43,276 nucleotides of DNA. Source: an uncultured marine group I thaumarchaeote. Its GTDB lineage: Archaea; Thermoproteota; Nitrososphaeria; Nitrososphaerales; Nitrosopumilaceae. The notes under the pieces were generated by a model. The model was not told the DNA's origin. It did no database searches and was given only the letters and a program-made list of their open reading frames with translations. Every line of letters starts with the position of its first letter. Within the stretch, counting starts at the first letter, position 1. Positions 31,923-41,270 of this stretch are shown here, in pieces. A program made the position numbers and the translations under genes. The DNA lies in the NCBI GenBank assembly GCA_902578515.1, contig CACHDH010000001.1, forward strand, positions 1 through 43,276, read 5' to 3'.

Positions 31923-32948
31923 TTACTTAAACCACTGATCCAATGTGTGACTTCTTTTCTCAAGACTTTTTTTCAATCTATTCAGTGATGCCTTGACTCT
32001 TTCTTCTGAGAAATCTCTTTCATTTGATAAATAATCTATAATTCCTGAATAATCTGTATCCGTAAACTCAATTTTACCAACATTTGGTGTGTCAGCCTGC
32101 AAGAAAATTTTTCTTATTTGTTCATAGTCAACTTGTTGTAATTCTTCCTGTATTTTTGGAATATCCTCCAACTTACCATATTCCTTAATCATTTTTAGGG
32201 CAGTTTTCGGACCAATTCTCTCGAATCCATCAGGATTAAAATCAGTCCCAATGAGTATACCTATGTCTATTATTTGTTCACCAGTAATGTCCAGTGCATC
32301 CAAACTTTTTTGATAACTAATAATCTCAGGCTCAATGTCGATGTAGGTATTACGATTAGGAAGCTTTCTTCTACCTGAATTAGTAAAATTACGAATTAGT
32401 TTCATTGCGCCAAATAGTATTGAATCAAAGTCTTGACTAGCTACTGCATCTGCAATACCAGTTTTGTTCATATACGCTGCAGTTGCCTCACCATCTGCTT
32501 TGGCTTGTACATATGGTATGCCAAATAAATCAAGAAAGTGTTTCGAGTCTTCAACCATGGTATCTTGCATTGACGTCGTTTGCTGTGCATATTTTCTTGC
32601 TGATTCAAGATCACCGACGGCCTTTGCTTTTTCATATTTTATTGTCGCTTCTTTTTTACCCAACTTTCTACGTTCAATTTCTGCTGTTTTTAGTGATGGT
32701 GGTTTTCCATCGAAAACGTATACCGGTTTAATTCCCATAGATAAAAAATTAACATTTCTGTATAACAAACCGGTTAGATGACTAGTTACTCTTCCTCTAT
32801 TATCAGTAAGATGCATTCCATCAGGTCCTCGAATAATTGCTAAAAATTGATAAATTGCATTGTATGCGTCAATGGCTATTATCTTTGAGGCAAATGATTC
32901 AAGGTTAGTTTTTTCACGTATTAGAAGAGATTTGATATCTACACCCAT
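31923..32948 (-). CDS. fen: Flap endonuclease 1
   Basis: [44 protein letters not shown]-terminal PIP-like TLDQWF. Confidence 0.98.
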   Translation of the reverse strand: MGVDIKSLLIREKTNLESFASKIIAIDAYNAIYQFLAIIRGPDGMHLTDNRGRVTSHLTGLLYRNVNFLSMGIKPVYVFDGKPPSLKTAEIERRKLGKKEATIKYEKAKAVGDLESARKYAQQTTSMQDTMVEDSKHFLDLFGIPYVQAKADGEATAAYMNKTGIADAVASQDFDSILFGAMKLIRNFTNSGRRKLPNRNTYIDIEPEIISYQKSLDALDITGEQIIDIGILIGTDFNPDGFERIGPKTALKMIKEYGKLEDIPKIQEELQQVDYEQIRKIFLQADTPNVGKIEFTDTDYSGIIDYLSNERDFSEERVKASLNRLKKSLEKRSHTLDQWFK

Positions 32949-33028
32949 GATAATATGTCATTTTTCTTGTTTTTGTGTTTAGTGCTTTAACCGATTTACT
33001 ATATTAGGGCGTGTAACAAAATTGCATT

Positions 33029-33126
33029 GTCGGGATAGCCAAGCCTGGTAAGGCGGACGCCTCGAAATCTTAAACAGGACAGCGTCTGTGCATCCGCACA
33101 CGGGGGTTCGAATCCCTCTCCCGGCG
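33029..33126 (+). tRNA. tRNA-Ser(CGA) with 14-nt intron at 37/38 (33067-33080)
   Basis: Acceptor GTCGGGA/TCCCGGC, anticodon stem GACGC/GCGTC, CGA at 33063-33065, long variable arm, TTCGAAT loop, G73; CCA not encoded. Confidence 0.93.
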
Positions 33127-33176
33127 TCTTCTGATTTGGTATAACATAAAAGTAAGAGCATAATTGGTAATTGTTA

Positions 33177-33473
33177 ATGGCAGAAATAGATGCATCAAAA
33201 AATGTTTATTTGTTTACACATGGACGTCAGGATCTTATTGAGAAATCAACTAGCGCATTAACTGAAAATGGTTTTTCAAAAGATAAAATCATCATGGCTC
33301 TTCCAAACAAGGCTGGTGATGTTGGTGATTATATGGCAATGTTATGGATGCCACCAAACCCTGATCATATTAAAATTCAGAAAATAACTAATGTTGAGCC
33401 AGCAGATGCAGATGGAATGATAGGTGTATGGAAAGGTGTTTCCAAGGACGATCTCTTCGAAATTAAAATCTAA
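33177..33473 (+). CDS. Hypothetical protein
   Basis: ATG ORF MAEIDASK..., MLWMPPNPDHIK. Confidence 0.8.
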   Translation: MAEIDASKNVYLFTHGRQDLIEKSTSALTENGFSKDKIIMALPNKAGDVGDYMAMLWMPPNPDHIKIQKITNVEPADADGMIGVWKGVSKDDLFEIKI

Positions 33474-33483
33474 AAATAAAATT

Positions 33484-33579
33484 TTATTCTTCACGCCACC
33501 GTCTTACCAACAAAAACGCAAGTATTGCACCAACCACACCAGCTAATATAATAAATTCCGTAAAAAATGTAGTAGTCAT
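33484..33579 (-). CDS. 31-aa single-TM microprotein MTTTFFTEFIILAGVVGAILAFLLVRRWREE
   Basis: Read manually; long hydrophobic helix followed by RRWR. Confidence 0.65.
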   Translation of the reverse strand: MTTTFFTEFIILAGVVGAILAFLLVRRWREE

Positions 33580-33610
33580 TTATTTATTCAAATCGTTGTA
33601 GAATATAATT

Positions 33611-33967
33611 TTATTTTGAATTATTCTGCTCAGAATCATCCGGTTCATCTGGTGTGTCAAATGAGCTACCAGGTCCTACCATATCTTCTGGCTTTACATC
33701 CTGATCCCATCTACCTTTTATTCCTTTTACTAAGGAAACAATCCCACATGCAATCAATAGTGTTGTAATTGCAAATATTATCATTTTATTTTCGGACGCA
33801 GTATTACAGTCAATTTCAGTTGGAGGGGAATCAGTATGATATTCATAACATTTGGAGAATTCTTCCTGTAAGGTTATTTCAGCTGATTGACTGCCAAAAA
33901 CTGATAGGAAAATAATACCAGAAAACATCAATCCAATTCCTAGAATAATAAAACGTGTATCACTCAC
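33611..33967 (-). CDS. Hypothetical two-TM membrane protein
   Basis: Two TM segments with a Cys pair in the loop, KGRWDQDVKPEDMVGP tail; GTG 33967 preferred over ATG 34000. Confidence 0.78.
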   Translation of the reverse strand: MSDTRFIILGIGLMFSGIIFLSVFGSQSAEITLQEEFSKCYEYHTDSPPTEIDCNTASENKMIIFAITTLLIACGIVSLVKGIKGRWDQDVKPEDMVGPGSSFDTPDEPDDSEQNNSK

Positions 33968-34074
33968 AGGCAAAATAGAAATTATGAATATTTTAGGCAT
34001 TCCATTTGATATTTGAATGTGTTTCTTCAGCGAGAAGGTTTAACATATTTAAAATTGTAATTTTAAATTTAATC

Positions 34075-35359
34075 ATGGTATTTGGTTGGGGTAAGAAAAA
34101 AACCCGAAAAACAGGAAGGAGAAACTATTCCACAAAAAAAACAAATCACACTTGAAGATATACCCAATATTATTGATGAAATACGAACAATCCGAACAAA
34201 AACAATAATTGCTGAAACTAAAACCTTTAGAAATAAAATTAAATCAAGTTCCGAAACAATTCTGCATATAGCTATAGATCTAGAGCGTGACACACTCAAA
34301 GTCGATGACATGGATATACATCTAAGAAGATTAATTGAGCGTGGGAAAAAGGAAGTGATATCTATTATCAAAAGAGAATCAATTGTTGAATTACCAGAAA
34401 TAAATTCCTATGACGACGTGAAAGATTTTAACGTAATAGCTGGTAAAATGCTAAAAAAAATAGGTGATGCATTAGGAAGACATTCAGTACCCATCAATGT
34501 ATTTGCAAAGAAATACGCTAGTAAATTGAGGGATGATCTTAAAACTATGACTGATAGAAATGATGAAATTACTACATTAATTTCAAATCATGCTGAATTA
34601 GAAATTAAAACTGAACAACTTATTGATACTATGGATAAAATTGCTCAAGCCAAAAAATCAATCATCAATTTAGGAGAAGATAAAGAGATAGATAAAAAAA
34701 ATATTGAAACAATTGATAATCAAATAGCGAATAATCAGAATGATATAGAATCCATTAAAAACAGTGATAATTATCAAAAATTTCTACAGATTACTAGTGA
34801 ATTAGATTCTATGTCCGATAAAAAAAATAAAATTAAAAATGAAATAGAAGCACAGTTTACCAAGATTTCAAGACCACTGAACAAATATGTTTACGTTTCA
34901 TCACTTGATAAACCACAAAAAAAATTATTGGAAAATTTAATTGCAAAACCATATGACATGTTAATTGATTCTAACAGGCAAGATATTATCCAAATATTAG
35001 AATCTACAAAAAAAGGTGTGCAATCTGGTTCTGTATCAGTAAAGGATGTCAATAAATCATTATCACATATAGATGAAACACTTTCATCAATAGATAGATT
35101 TATTGAAAAAATTTTAAATTTTCATAAAGCAAAAAATGATATTACAAATAAATTGTCAACTTTTGATGTTGAAGAGTTAAAGCAGAAGGAATCTCTATTG
35201 AGCAAATATGAAAATAATAAATCGATTTTAGAATCAAAAATTAAATCTGCAGAGAAAGCATTAATGGACACAACTGAATTAATTCCAAAATGGATAAGCT
35301 CGTTAGAATCAGTTTTGAATCAAATTTCTGCTGTACAATACACTATAAGATCGAAATGA
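34075..35359 (+). CDS. Long coiled-coil protein; apparent +1 frameshift in A7 run 34096-34102
   Basis: Heptad-rich K/E/I/L sequence; ATG 34075 gives MVFGWGKKKPEKQ.. if one A is removed; TATA-like sequence about 24 nt upstream. Confidence 0.8.
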
Positions 35360-35360
35360 T

Positions 35361-35762
35361 ATGTCTGAATTAAAAAAGAAAAAGTTTGAACGTAAAATAT
35401 CATTAACAAAAGATGCCAGAGATGGAATATTATCATTTTGTAAAATGAATCATCCTAACGAGGGAATTTTAATTCTTCGTGGTAAATCAAAACATGGTGA
35501 TGTATACATAGATGAATTAGTAGTTCCACCATTTTCTGAAACTGGTGCAGATTTTGCTGGTTTTCCTCATAATCCATTACCACTGGATCTTAGTTATGTT
35601 GGAATAGTCCATTCGCATCCTTCAGGTACAGCTAAACCATCACTTACTGATTTAGATAATTTTTTTGGTTTAGTATCAATAATTGTCAAGTCACCATACG
35701 AGGACGATGACATATTTGCGTGGGATAGTGATGGAAGAGAACTACCACTTGTTATTATTTGA
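35361..35762 (+). CDS. JAMM/MPN+ (Mov34) metalloprotease
   Basis: HPNE, GIVHSHPSG...PS..D. Confidence 0.92.
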   Translation: MSELKKKKFERKISLTKDARDGILSFCKMNHPNEGILILRGKSKHGDVYIDELVVPPFSETGADFAGFPHNPLPLDLSYVGIVHSHPSGTAKPSLTDLDNFFGLVSIIVKSPYEDDDIFAWDSDGRELPLVII

Positions 35763-35832
35763 CGTTGATAGAAAAATATGAATGTAAAAATTCTAACAAA
35801 ACTTTATAAGTTTTCTAGAATAATTTTTCAAC

Positions 35833-36146
35833 ATGATAAATTATAAGGGTTATTTAGTATTTTATTTGCATCATTAGCTGTTAGTATTGGTTTACAATTA
35901 GTTTTACCATTTCCATATGGATTGGGCGCAGCATTAGCAATCTTCATCATATTTCCATTACTTTTAAGAAAAAGATACATGGCTAAAATGAGAGGATCAG
36001 GTGGTTCAGGATTTGGTTTTGGTGGAGGATTATTTGGTCAAGGTCAGGGTACTGGTGTGAGATATGTATGTCTAACTTGCAATAACCGATTCAAGGGTGG
36101 AGATTGTCCTCGTTGCGGTTCTAAAATGAAACGTGCAGATTTCTAA
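35833..36146 (+). CDS. Two-TM, Gly-linker, zinc-ribbon protein; apparent -1 frameshift near 35845-35849
   Basis: Frame upstream of TTG 35922 is open and hydrophobic (GLFSILFASLAVSIGLQLVLPFPYG) back to 35847; ATG 35833 is one base out of frame; C-terminal CLTC...CPRCGS. Confidence 0.75.
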
Positions 36147-36160
36147 ATACGTGTGATTGA

Positions 36161-36490
36161 ATGTCAGAACTAGCACTAGATGTAATTCGTAAGCGGGTAT
36201 TTTTTCATAATTCAATCGATGTATGGATCTCTGCATGTGATGAAAATAATATTGATTGGTTTAATGTCGAAGAATACAAAAGGTTCATCGCATATTTACT
36301 TAAAAATAATTTACAGCTTAAAGCTTTCAATCTATGTACACATGAAGCCGGTGCAACTGAAGAGAAAAAATCAAAATTTGCTGAAATTTTAGGAGAAACA
36401 AAAAATTCTGATCCAAATACTGCAACATATACAATCAAACTAAATGATGAATCCATCGGAACAATAAGGAAATTCAGTTTTCAGAACTAA
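36161..36490 (+). CDS. Hypothetical protein (109 aa)
   Basis: ATG ORF with normal composition, abuts convergent gene. Confidence 0.75.
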   Translation: MSELALDVIRKRVFFHNSIDVWISACDENNIDWFNVEEYKRFIAYLLKNNLQLKAFNLCTHEAGATEEKKSKFAEILGETKNSDPNTATYTIKLNDESIGTIRKFSFQN

Positions 36491-37852
36491 TCATTTCTTT
36501 AGTTTTGGGTTTACAATTGCATCTAGCGCATTTCCTATAAATACAAAAGCAAGACCCGTAATTGCAATCATTATTCCCGGTGGTGCAATCCACCACCATA
36601 GTCCTCGTGCTGCAGCACCATACGTATTTGCATCATGTAGTATTTGTCCCCATGTCGGAAATGTTGGATCACCAAGACCCAAAAAACTTAGACCGGCTTC
36701 TGTTGTAATTGCAGCAGGAACCGAAATCGCAATGCTAGCAAAAGCATAAGGTAATAACTGTGGAATCATATGTTTGAAAACTATTTTTGAGTTTTTTTGT
36801 CCCATCATTTGTGATGCTTCAACATATTGTCTAGTTTTGATTTGAAGTGCCATACTACGTGAAACTTTCGCAATACCAACCCAACCAAAGATCATTAGAA
36901 ATCCTACCAGCAAAAATATACTATTACTGATAGTTACGGCAAGAATTATCAAGAAAGGTAATGCAGGAAGTGCATAAATAACATCGTTGAATCTCATCAT
37001 AACTTCATCAGTTTTTTTTCCTTTGAATCCAGAATATACACCATAAATTAAACCAGATATTACAGAACCAACAGCTACTGCAATGCCAATAAACAACGCA
37101 AGTGGTGTTCCCCATAAGAGTCCAACAATTAGGTCTCTTCGTAATTCATCTGTTCCCATCATTCCATACGCTTTTCCACCAACTATTAACTTGGAATCAA
37201 TGACACTGACTTTTTCATTGGCGCCATAAATATTAACTAAAAATAAATAATCACCCTTTAGTACTTTACCATCTATATTTGCAAATATCATATCTTCACT
37301 AGACATATTTTTATTGTATAATTCCATTTCAGAAAAATAAATTTGAATATTTTTTTTAATATTATTATCAGTTGAAAAAATTCGTTCATTGTGCATAACA
37401 GTTGTATCGGAATATGGTAATGTTTTCGATAGAAGGAGTATCTCTGATTGATCCGGTCTAATTACAGAAATTTGTAGTAAGTGTGATCCTGAATATTCAA
37501 CATTAAATTCATAAATGAAATCACTTGGAAAGTCATCATAGTAATACTGCATACCAAATTGATTAGATGTTAATGATATGGTGTCGTCTTTAGTTATGGT
37601 TACAGGATTATCTAATATAAGATGCTCAGGAATTTTTTCTGAGACAAAGTAATTTATCCATACTGGTACAGATGTCTTAGGATATGATATCCAGCTACCT
37701 GGATTGTTCCATTGTTTGAATGTATCAATAGGAATTGTTATTGCTGATACAGCTGACAATATTATAAGACATGATAAAATTCCAATACCAACAAGACCAA
37801 CTTTACTTTTAATAAACTCCTTTCTTATTTCGGGTGCACTTATACTACTCAT
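36491..37852 (-). CDS. Oligopeptide/dipeptide ABC permease (OppC/DppC-type)
   Basis: MGTDELRRD, EAA loop YVEASQMMG...IVFKHMIP, EAGLSFLGLG, TWGQIL. Confidence 0.94.
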   Translation of the reverse strand: MSSISAPEIRKEFIKSKVGLVGIGILSCLIILSAVSAITIPIDTFKQWNNPGSWISYPKTSVPVWINYFVSEKIPEHLILDNPVTITKDDTISLTSNQFGMQYYYDDFPSDFIYEFNVEYSGSHLLQISVIRPDQSEILLLSKTLPYSDTTVMHNERIFSTDNNIKKNIQIYFSEMELYNKNMSSEDMIFANIDGKVLKGDYLFLVNIYGANEKVSVIDSKLIVGGKAYGMMGTDELRRDLIVGLLWGTPLALFIGIAVAVGSVISGLIYGVYSGFKGKKTDEVMMRFNDVIYALPALPFLIILAVTISNSIFLLVGFLMIFGWVGIAKVSRSMALQIKTRQYVEASQMMGQKNSKIVFKHMIPQLLPYAFASIAISVPAAITTEAGLSFLGLGDPTFPTWGQILHDANTYGAAARGLWWWIAPPGIMIAITGLAFVFIGNALDAIVNPKLKK

Positions 37853-38901
37853 TATGTTTTCACCCTTGGATCGAAATAACCATAGAGTACATCAGCAACA
37901 AGTATACTGATCAAAAATAATACCGTAAGCACATACGTTGCGCCAATTATAATTGGTAAATCCATCACACTTATAGCTTCAAAATAAAGTCGTCCCATTC
38001 CAGGCCAATCAAATACCGCTTCCGTAATTATCGCTCCACCAAGTGAACCTGAAAGACTTAATGCTAGAATTGTAACAATTGGTGGGGCTGCATTTTTTAA
38101 TGCATGTTTGTAGATAATCTTTTTTTTACTAATACCAATTGCCTTTTTTGCTATTATGAAATCTTCTTGCAGTGTCCCTACCATAAAATTACGTACAAGA
38201 TATGCCCATGCGCCAAACCCAATCATTACAATTGTGATTAATGGTAATGCCATATGGTAAAGTAATGCAAAAATGTATTCTGGTTCTGTTGGGAGTATAG
38301 ATGGTGTTGCCCTCGCAGGAAAAATATGATATGTAAATGCAAATAGAAAGATCATTAGCATACCTATCCACCAAACAGGAAAACTACTACTGACTACTGC
38401 AAATGTTGAAGTGATTCGATCAATCACAGAACCCACTTTACTTCCTGCTAGTGCACCCAAAAATATTCCGATTATAGAAATAATTATGGTTGCAGTAGTG
38501 AATAATAAGACAGTTCTTGGGATCTTTTCTAGAAGTATATCACCAACATTAGACGAGCCAGAATCACTTGTAAGAAATGTTGCATTTCCAAAATCTAGAA
38601 TTAATATTTTATACATAGTCAATCCAATTCTTTGTGGAGAATACCATGGGTTATCAAGTCCAAGTGTTTTAATTCGTTCATCAATCTGCGTTTGAATAAA
38701 TTGCTCAAACTCCTCAACAGTTGCAAAACTTTCAGCTATGGCAGGATTTTCTGTAATTTCAGCTCTAACTTGGTAAACCACTCCCTGCTTTAGGATAATA
38801 TCCATATTGGAGCCAACCAGTGCAATCGTAAGTAGTAGTGTTATCATCAAAACAGCAAACATGGTTATACACCTCGTAGCTATATACCTCTTCAGACTCA
38901 A
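37852..38901 (-). CDS. Oligopeptide/dipeptide ABC permease (OppB/DppB-type)
   Basis: LDFG, PVWWIGM, EDFI.AKKAIG, KHALKNA, ITEAVFDWPGMG, DPRVK. Confidence 0.95.
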   Translation of the reverse strand: MSLKRYIATRCITMFAVLMITLLLTIALVGSNMDIILKQGVVYQVRAEITENPAIAESFATVEEFEQFIQTQIDERIKTLGLDNPWYSPQRIGLTMYKILILDFGNATFLTSDSGSSNVGDILLEKIPRTVLLFTTATIIISIIGIFLGALAGSKVGSVIDRITSTFAVVSSSFPVWWIGMLMIFLFAFTYHIFPARATPSILPTEPEYIFALLYHMALPLITIVMIGFGAWAYLVRNFMVGTLQEDFIIAKKAIGISKKKIIYKHALKNAAPPIVTILALSLSGSLGGAIITEAVFDWPGMGRLYFEAISVMDLPIIIGATYVLTVLFLISILVADVLYGYFDPRVKT

Positions 38902-38968
38902 TGTGTATACTAAAGAAATTTACTTTATAACTTCTAGCAAAAACTTTTCAAATGGCGTGTTCTAAATT

Positions 38969-39091
38969 ATGTTAATGATATGCGCTAACTGTGAAAATCA
39001 TAAGCATTTTGAATGTATAGATTGCCTAAACGATCATAAGACTAGTCTTTGTAATTGTGATTGTCATAATACAGAGCATAAACATGATTAA
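38969..39091 (+). CDS. 40-aa Cys/His-rich (metallothionein-like) microprotein MLMICANCENHKHFECIDCLNDHKTSLCNCDCHNTEHKHD
   Basis: Read manually; 7 Cys + 6 His; alternative start 38975. Confidence 0.7.
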   Translation: MLMICANCENHKHFECIDCLNDHKTSLCNCDCHNTEHKHD

Positions 39092-39220
39092 AATAAAAAC
39101 TGATTGAATCATACATAATCATTTTACCCCTATATCACTATTTTGGAATTATCTCGATCTTGATCAAAAAATCAAGATTCATAAAGTAGTAAAACAATTT
39201 TCGAGAATCACGAAGGAACA

Positions 39221-40930
39221 ATGAAAACGTTTGGAACTCTTGAATATACAATTGATAAGTATTCAGGATCATGGACATGGAAAATAACTGGTGTTAGGGC
39301 AGTAATGATGGTTTCAAAGCTCATACCAGAGTTATGGTATGGCAATGGTCCTAATGAAGTTATTATTCCAGATAATGAAAAGAATGTAAAACAAATCAGT
39401 CTAATTTTAGAAAGATATCCACTAGAAATATTATCAAAATCTGTTTGGCAACGAAAATTACGCGCAAAAATTATTAAAAAACCAACTAAAATAAAAACTG
39501 AAAAACTTTCAAAGGCTGTTGCTGGGAAACAGTTTCGTGGTAAGCTACTTAATTTTCAGAAAATGGGTTTGGATTTTCTTTTGAAATCTTCAGGTAATGC
39601 ATTACTTGCTGACGATATGGGTCTTGGTAAAACTGTACAAACATTAGCATATATTGCATCAGAAAAACAATCTTTACCAGCACTTATTGTGGCACCTCTT
39701 GTTACACTTACTAATTGGCAACGTGAAATTGAAAGATTTATGAAGAAAAAAAGTAAGAATGGTCGTATTGTAGAAAATGATGTACCAACTATAACATCTA
39801 TACGATCAGGAAAGCGTAGTGAGCTTCCTTACTCTGATTTTTATCTTATCAATTATGAATTGTTGCATAAACGTCAGGATGATTTAGCAAAATTAAAAAT
39901 TAGAACACTTGTTTGTGATGAAGTACAACATCTTCGTTCTAAAACAACCCAGAAATATAAGGCTGTTAAGACACTTGCATCTGTGAAATCAATGAAGTAC
40001 AGAGTTGGTCTTTCTGGTACTCCAATATACAATCATGGTTCTGAGATATGGCCAATTGTTGATATTTTAAAACCAGGATTATTGGGTAATTTTAAAGAAT
40101 TTTGTGAATATTTTTGCTATCAAGATGAAAAGGGCAAAGCAATTGTAGTACCAAATAAGCGTGATAGCCTACGTTACGTATTACAAAGAGATGTCATGCT
40201 TCGTAGAAAGAAGTCAGATGTATTAAAGGAATTAAAGGACAAAGTAAGATACAAGGAGACAATTGATGCAGATGAAACTTACTATAAAAATGAACTAAAT
40301 AAGATTTGGAGTAAACTTGAGGAAGAGCAAAAAAATGCAGAAACTGAATTCAATAAATTAGCATCATATCAAAGAGCAATTCAAAGCGAAAGACAGGCTG
40401 CAGGAGTAGCAAAGCTTCATCATGTGACTGATTTTGTGAAAAATATTATGGAAATTGAAGAAAGCGTTGTCGTTTTCTGTCATCATAAATATATTCATAA
40501 ATTGTTACATGAAAGTTTACAGGAATTCAAACCTTCATCAATTATTGGAGGCCAAAATGACAAAATTAGGCAGGAGAATATAGATCGTTTTCAAAATGGA
40601 GATACAAAGTTAATGGTTGCAGGTTTGCGTGCTGGAAGTATGGGAATAAATCTAACACGAGCTAAATATGTTATATTCGCCGAACTAGATTGGAGTCCAG
40701 CAATACATCGCCAGGCTGAAGATAGATTGCATAGAATTGGACAAAAGAATACAGTTTTTGCTTATTATTTAATTGGTAAAAGAACTCTTGATGAACATGT
40801 TGCTAATATTTTAGTGGATAAAAGCTATGAGATTGACGCTATAATGGATGAAAGTCATGATTCATATGAAAATAAAGAGAAAGCAAAATTGATTCTTGCA
40901 CAAATCCATGATAGACTTCACACTAAGTAA
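39221..40930 (+). CDS. SNF2-family helicase/translocase (HARP/SMARCAL1-like core)
   Basis: LLADDMGLGKT, NWQREI, DEVQ, LSGTPI.N, GINLT.A, QAEDRLHRIGQ. Confidence 0.95.
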   Translation: MKTFGTLEYTIDKYSGSWTWKITGVRAVMMVSKLIPELWYGNGPNEVIIPDNEKNVKQISLILERYPLEILSKSVWQRKLRAKIIKKPTKIKTEKLSKAVAGKQFRGKLLNFQKMGLDFLLKSSGNALLADDMGLGKTVQTLAYIASEKQSLPALIVAPLVTLTNWQREIERFMKKKSKNGRIVENDVPTITSIRSGKRSELPYSDFYLINYELLHKRQDDLAKLKIRTLVCDEVQHLRSKTTQKYKAVKTLASVKSMKYRVGLSGTPIYNHGSEIWPIVDILKPGLLGNFKEFCEYFCYQDEKGKAIVVPNKRDSLRYVLQRDVMLRRKKSDVLKELKDKVRYKETIDADETYYKNELNKIWSKLEEEQKNAETEFNKLASYQRAIQSERQAAGVAKLHHVTDFVKNIMEIEESVVVFCHHKYIHKLLHESLQEFKPSSIIGGQNDKIRQENIDRFQNGDTKLMVAGLRAGSMGINLTRAKYVIFAELDWSPAIHRQAEDRLHRIGQKNTVFAYYLIGKRTLDEHVANILVDKSYEIDAIMDESHDSYENKEKAKLILAQIHDRLHTK

Positions 40931-40969
40931 GTCATCTATACTAAACAATGAAAAAAGTGATGAATGTTC

Positions 40970-41113
40970 CTAGCCTTTACCTATTCGGAACATCTTTGTA
41001 CTGCATTCAGGACAAGTACCTTTTGTTGCTGGTTTACCATTCTTGAGGGTTACAGCTGTGGCACCAGTCATTTCTCTCTTTGTTCTACATTTGACACAAT
41101 AACCTGTTGTCAT
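40970..41113 (-). CDS. 47-aa basic zinc-ribbon protein (DUF5679-like) MTTGYCVKCRTKREMTGATAVTLKNGKPATKGTCPECSTKMFRIGKG
   Basis: Read manually; YCVKC...KNG.PA.KG.CP.C.TKMFRIG signature. Confidence 0.88.
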   Translation of the reverse strand: MTTGYCVKCRTKREMTGATAVTLKNGKPATKGTCPECSTKMFRIGKG

Positions 41114-41270
41114 GTGTATGGGTAGTATCTAGAAGTATTAGCAGGACTTTGTTAATGAGAATTAACATAATTGTGACTGTGATTAACACAGAATCAACCA
41201 ATTTTAGCACTAATTACTAGATCAATTAGCAAATAATCAAATAAAACATAGCTAACTAACTGAAATATCC

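Noticed and set aside
32979-33161. 60-aa minus-strand ORF
   Set aside because: Antisense to tRNA-Ser
39108-39224. Open frame (..FTPISLFWNYLDLDQKIKIHKVVKQFSRITKEQ*) whose stop overlaps the SNF2 ATG
   Set aside because: No ATG/GTG/TTG start after the upstream in-frame stop; unsupported without homologues
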